Below, piece by piece: positions 33,224 to 33,969 of a stretch of 33,969 nucleotides of DNA. This stretch comes from Nemertoderma westbladi (lineage: Eukaryota > Animalia > Xenacoelomorpha), in assembly GCA_032718475.1 (NCBI GenBank), contig JAUCBJ010002868.1:1-33969 (forward strand). Reading direction: 5' to 3'. A program made the position numbers and the translations under genes. Below the pieces are notes generated by a model. It had not been told where the DNA came from, searched no databases, and saw only the letters and a list, made by a program, of their open reading frames with translations. Positions within the stretch are counted from its first letter, which is position 1, and each line of letters opens with the position of its first letter.

Positions 33224-33807
33224 AATCTATAATCATCCTGCTGTTGTAGCAGCACATTGAGATGATGTGCTGACTAAACAAAAAAAGTGTGCAACCACCA
33301 TGAATGCTATTCCGGCTTGGAGTATGGTAACGGCCAAGAGAGGGCATAAAAGAAGGACAAGGAACATGTTGAAATGGAACATATTCATGGAGGAGCCGAG
33401 CCACAATACCTTGAGCATACCAGAGAGCAAGCTCAGGTGAGAGAGACAACAGAATGCGAATAATAATGGACCTACAGGTAGGACCACGACCAATACTAAC
33501 ATCACTGGAGACTATTCTTTCGACATTCAGACCTTTGAACTACAGCAGCATACAGAGTGCAAGCTGGCATCTCTAGCATTGACAACCAATCAGAATTGAA
33601 AATTATTCACCTACTGAATATTGTACAACCATTTTATAGCTGGTTAATTGCAATATAGCCTAGCCACTATAGTCTGAAGTTGAAAGCGACCTGGTCGTAA
33701 CAATTATACTATCAAAGCCAAGGGCAATGCAAGGGCAATGCAATACCACAGGGAATTCCACAAGGTACGCTCTTAGGGCCAATTATCTTTCTCATGTACG
33801 TAAACTC

Positions 33808-33969
33808 TGTTCGCGCTTTCAGACCTTTGGCAGTTTAACCCGCCAAATTAGGATGTCTTCTAGATAATAAATCACTTTTAGCCTCTGACAAATATTTGAT
33901 TCACTACACTAGTCGAAACCAATCGGTGCGCGATCATTCACCCGCTGGATATACCCGGGAGATTGGGTT
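33808..33969 (-). repeat. Inverted copy of the 3042-3212 repeat, running off the window end
   Basis: tgttcgcgcttt...tttggcagtttaacccgccaaa...attcacccgctggatatacccgggaga. Confidence 0.85.

Noticed and set aside
33141-33505. Hydrophobic 90-aa and 102-aa minus-strand ORFs resembling membrane proteins
   Set aside because: They are antisense to an A-rich Gypsy pol remnant; the hydrophobicity follows from T-rich codons.
3042-33969. Inverted repeats near both window ends as TIRs of one 31-kb element carrying eag
   Set aside because: The copies are clearly diverged and their inward flanks differ; two independent insertions of a common repeat is the simpler explanation.

Overview
AT-rich, repeat-dense eukaryotic DNA, most likely from an invertebrate metazoan; the taxon cannot be fixed from the sequence alone. 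There is one confident host gene: a single-ORF (intronless coding region) 904-aa EAG/Kv10-subfamily KCNH potassium channel on the minus strand (17727-20441), with several non-canonical residues in S4, the filter and S6. Most of the rest is transposon debris: a tRNA-derived SINE with a Nin/Deu-type core, degraded RTE-type and CR1/L2-type LINE pieces, a Gypsy integrase tail, a 1.17-kb fully palindromic TTAA-flanked (Kolobok-like) element, a Harbinger-like MITE, an IS3EU-like end and several DINE-1/HINE-like elements. There are also a 1.85-kb (CACACCG)n minisatellite with a 180-bp higher-order unit and a perfect 1.27-kb (GACT)n tract. The least explained part is a compact, CpG-rich cluster of orphan ORFs at about 220-1830 that resembles a fragment of an endogenous DNA virus or Maverick-like element. 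No rRNA, genuine tRNA, CRISPR array or prokaryotic operon was seen. All family assignments come from motif recognition by eye, not from database searches.
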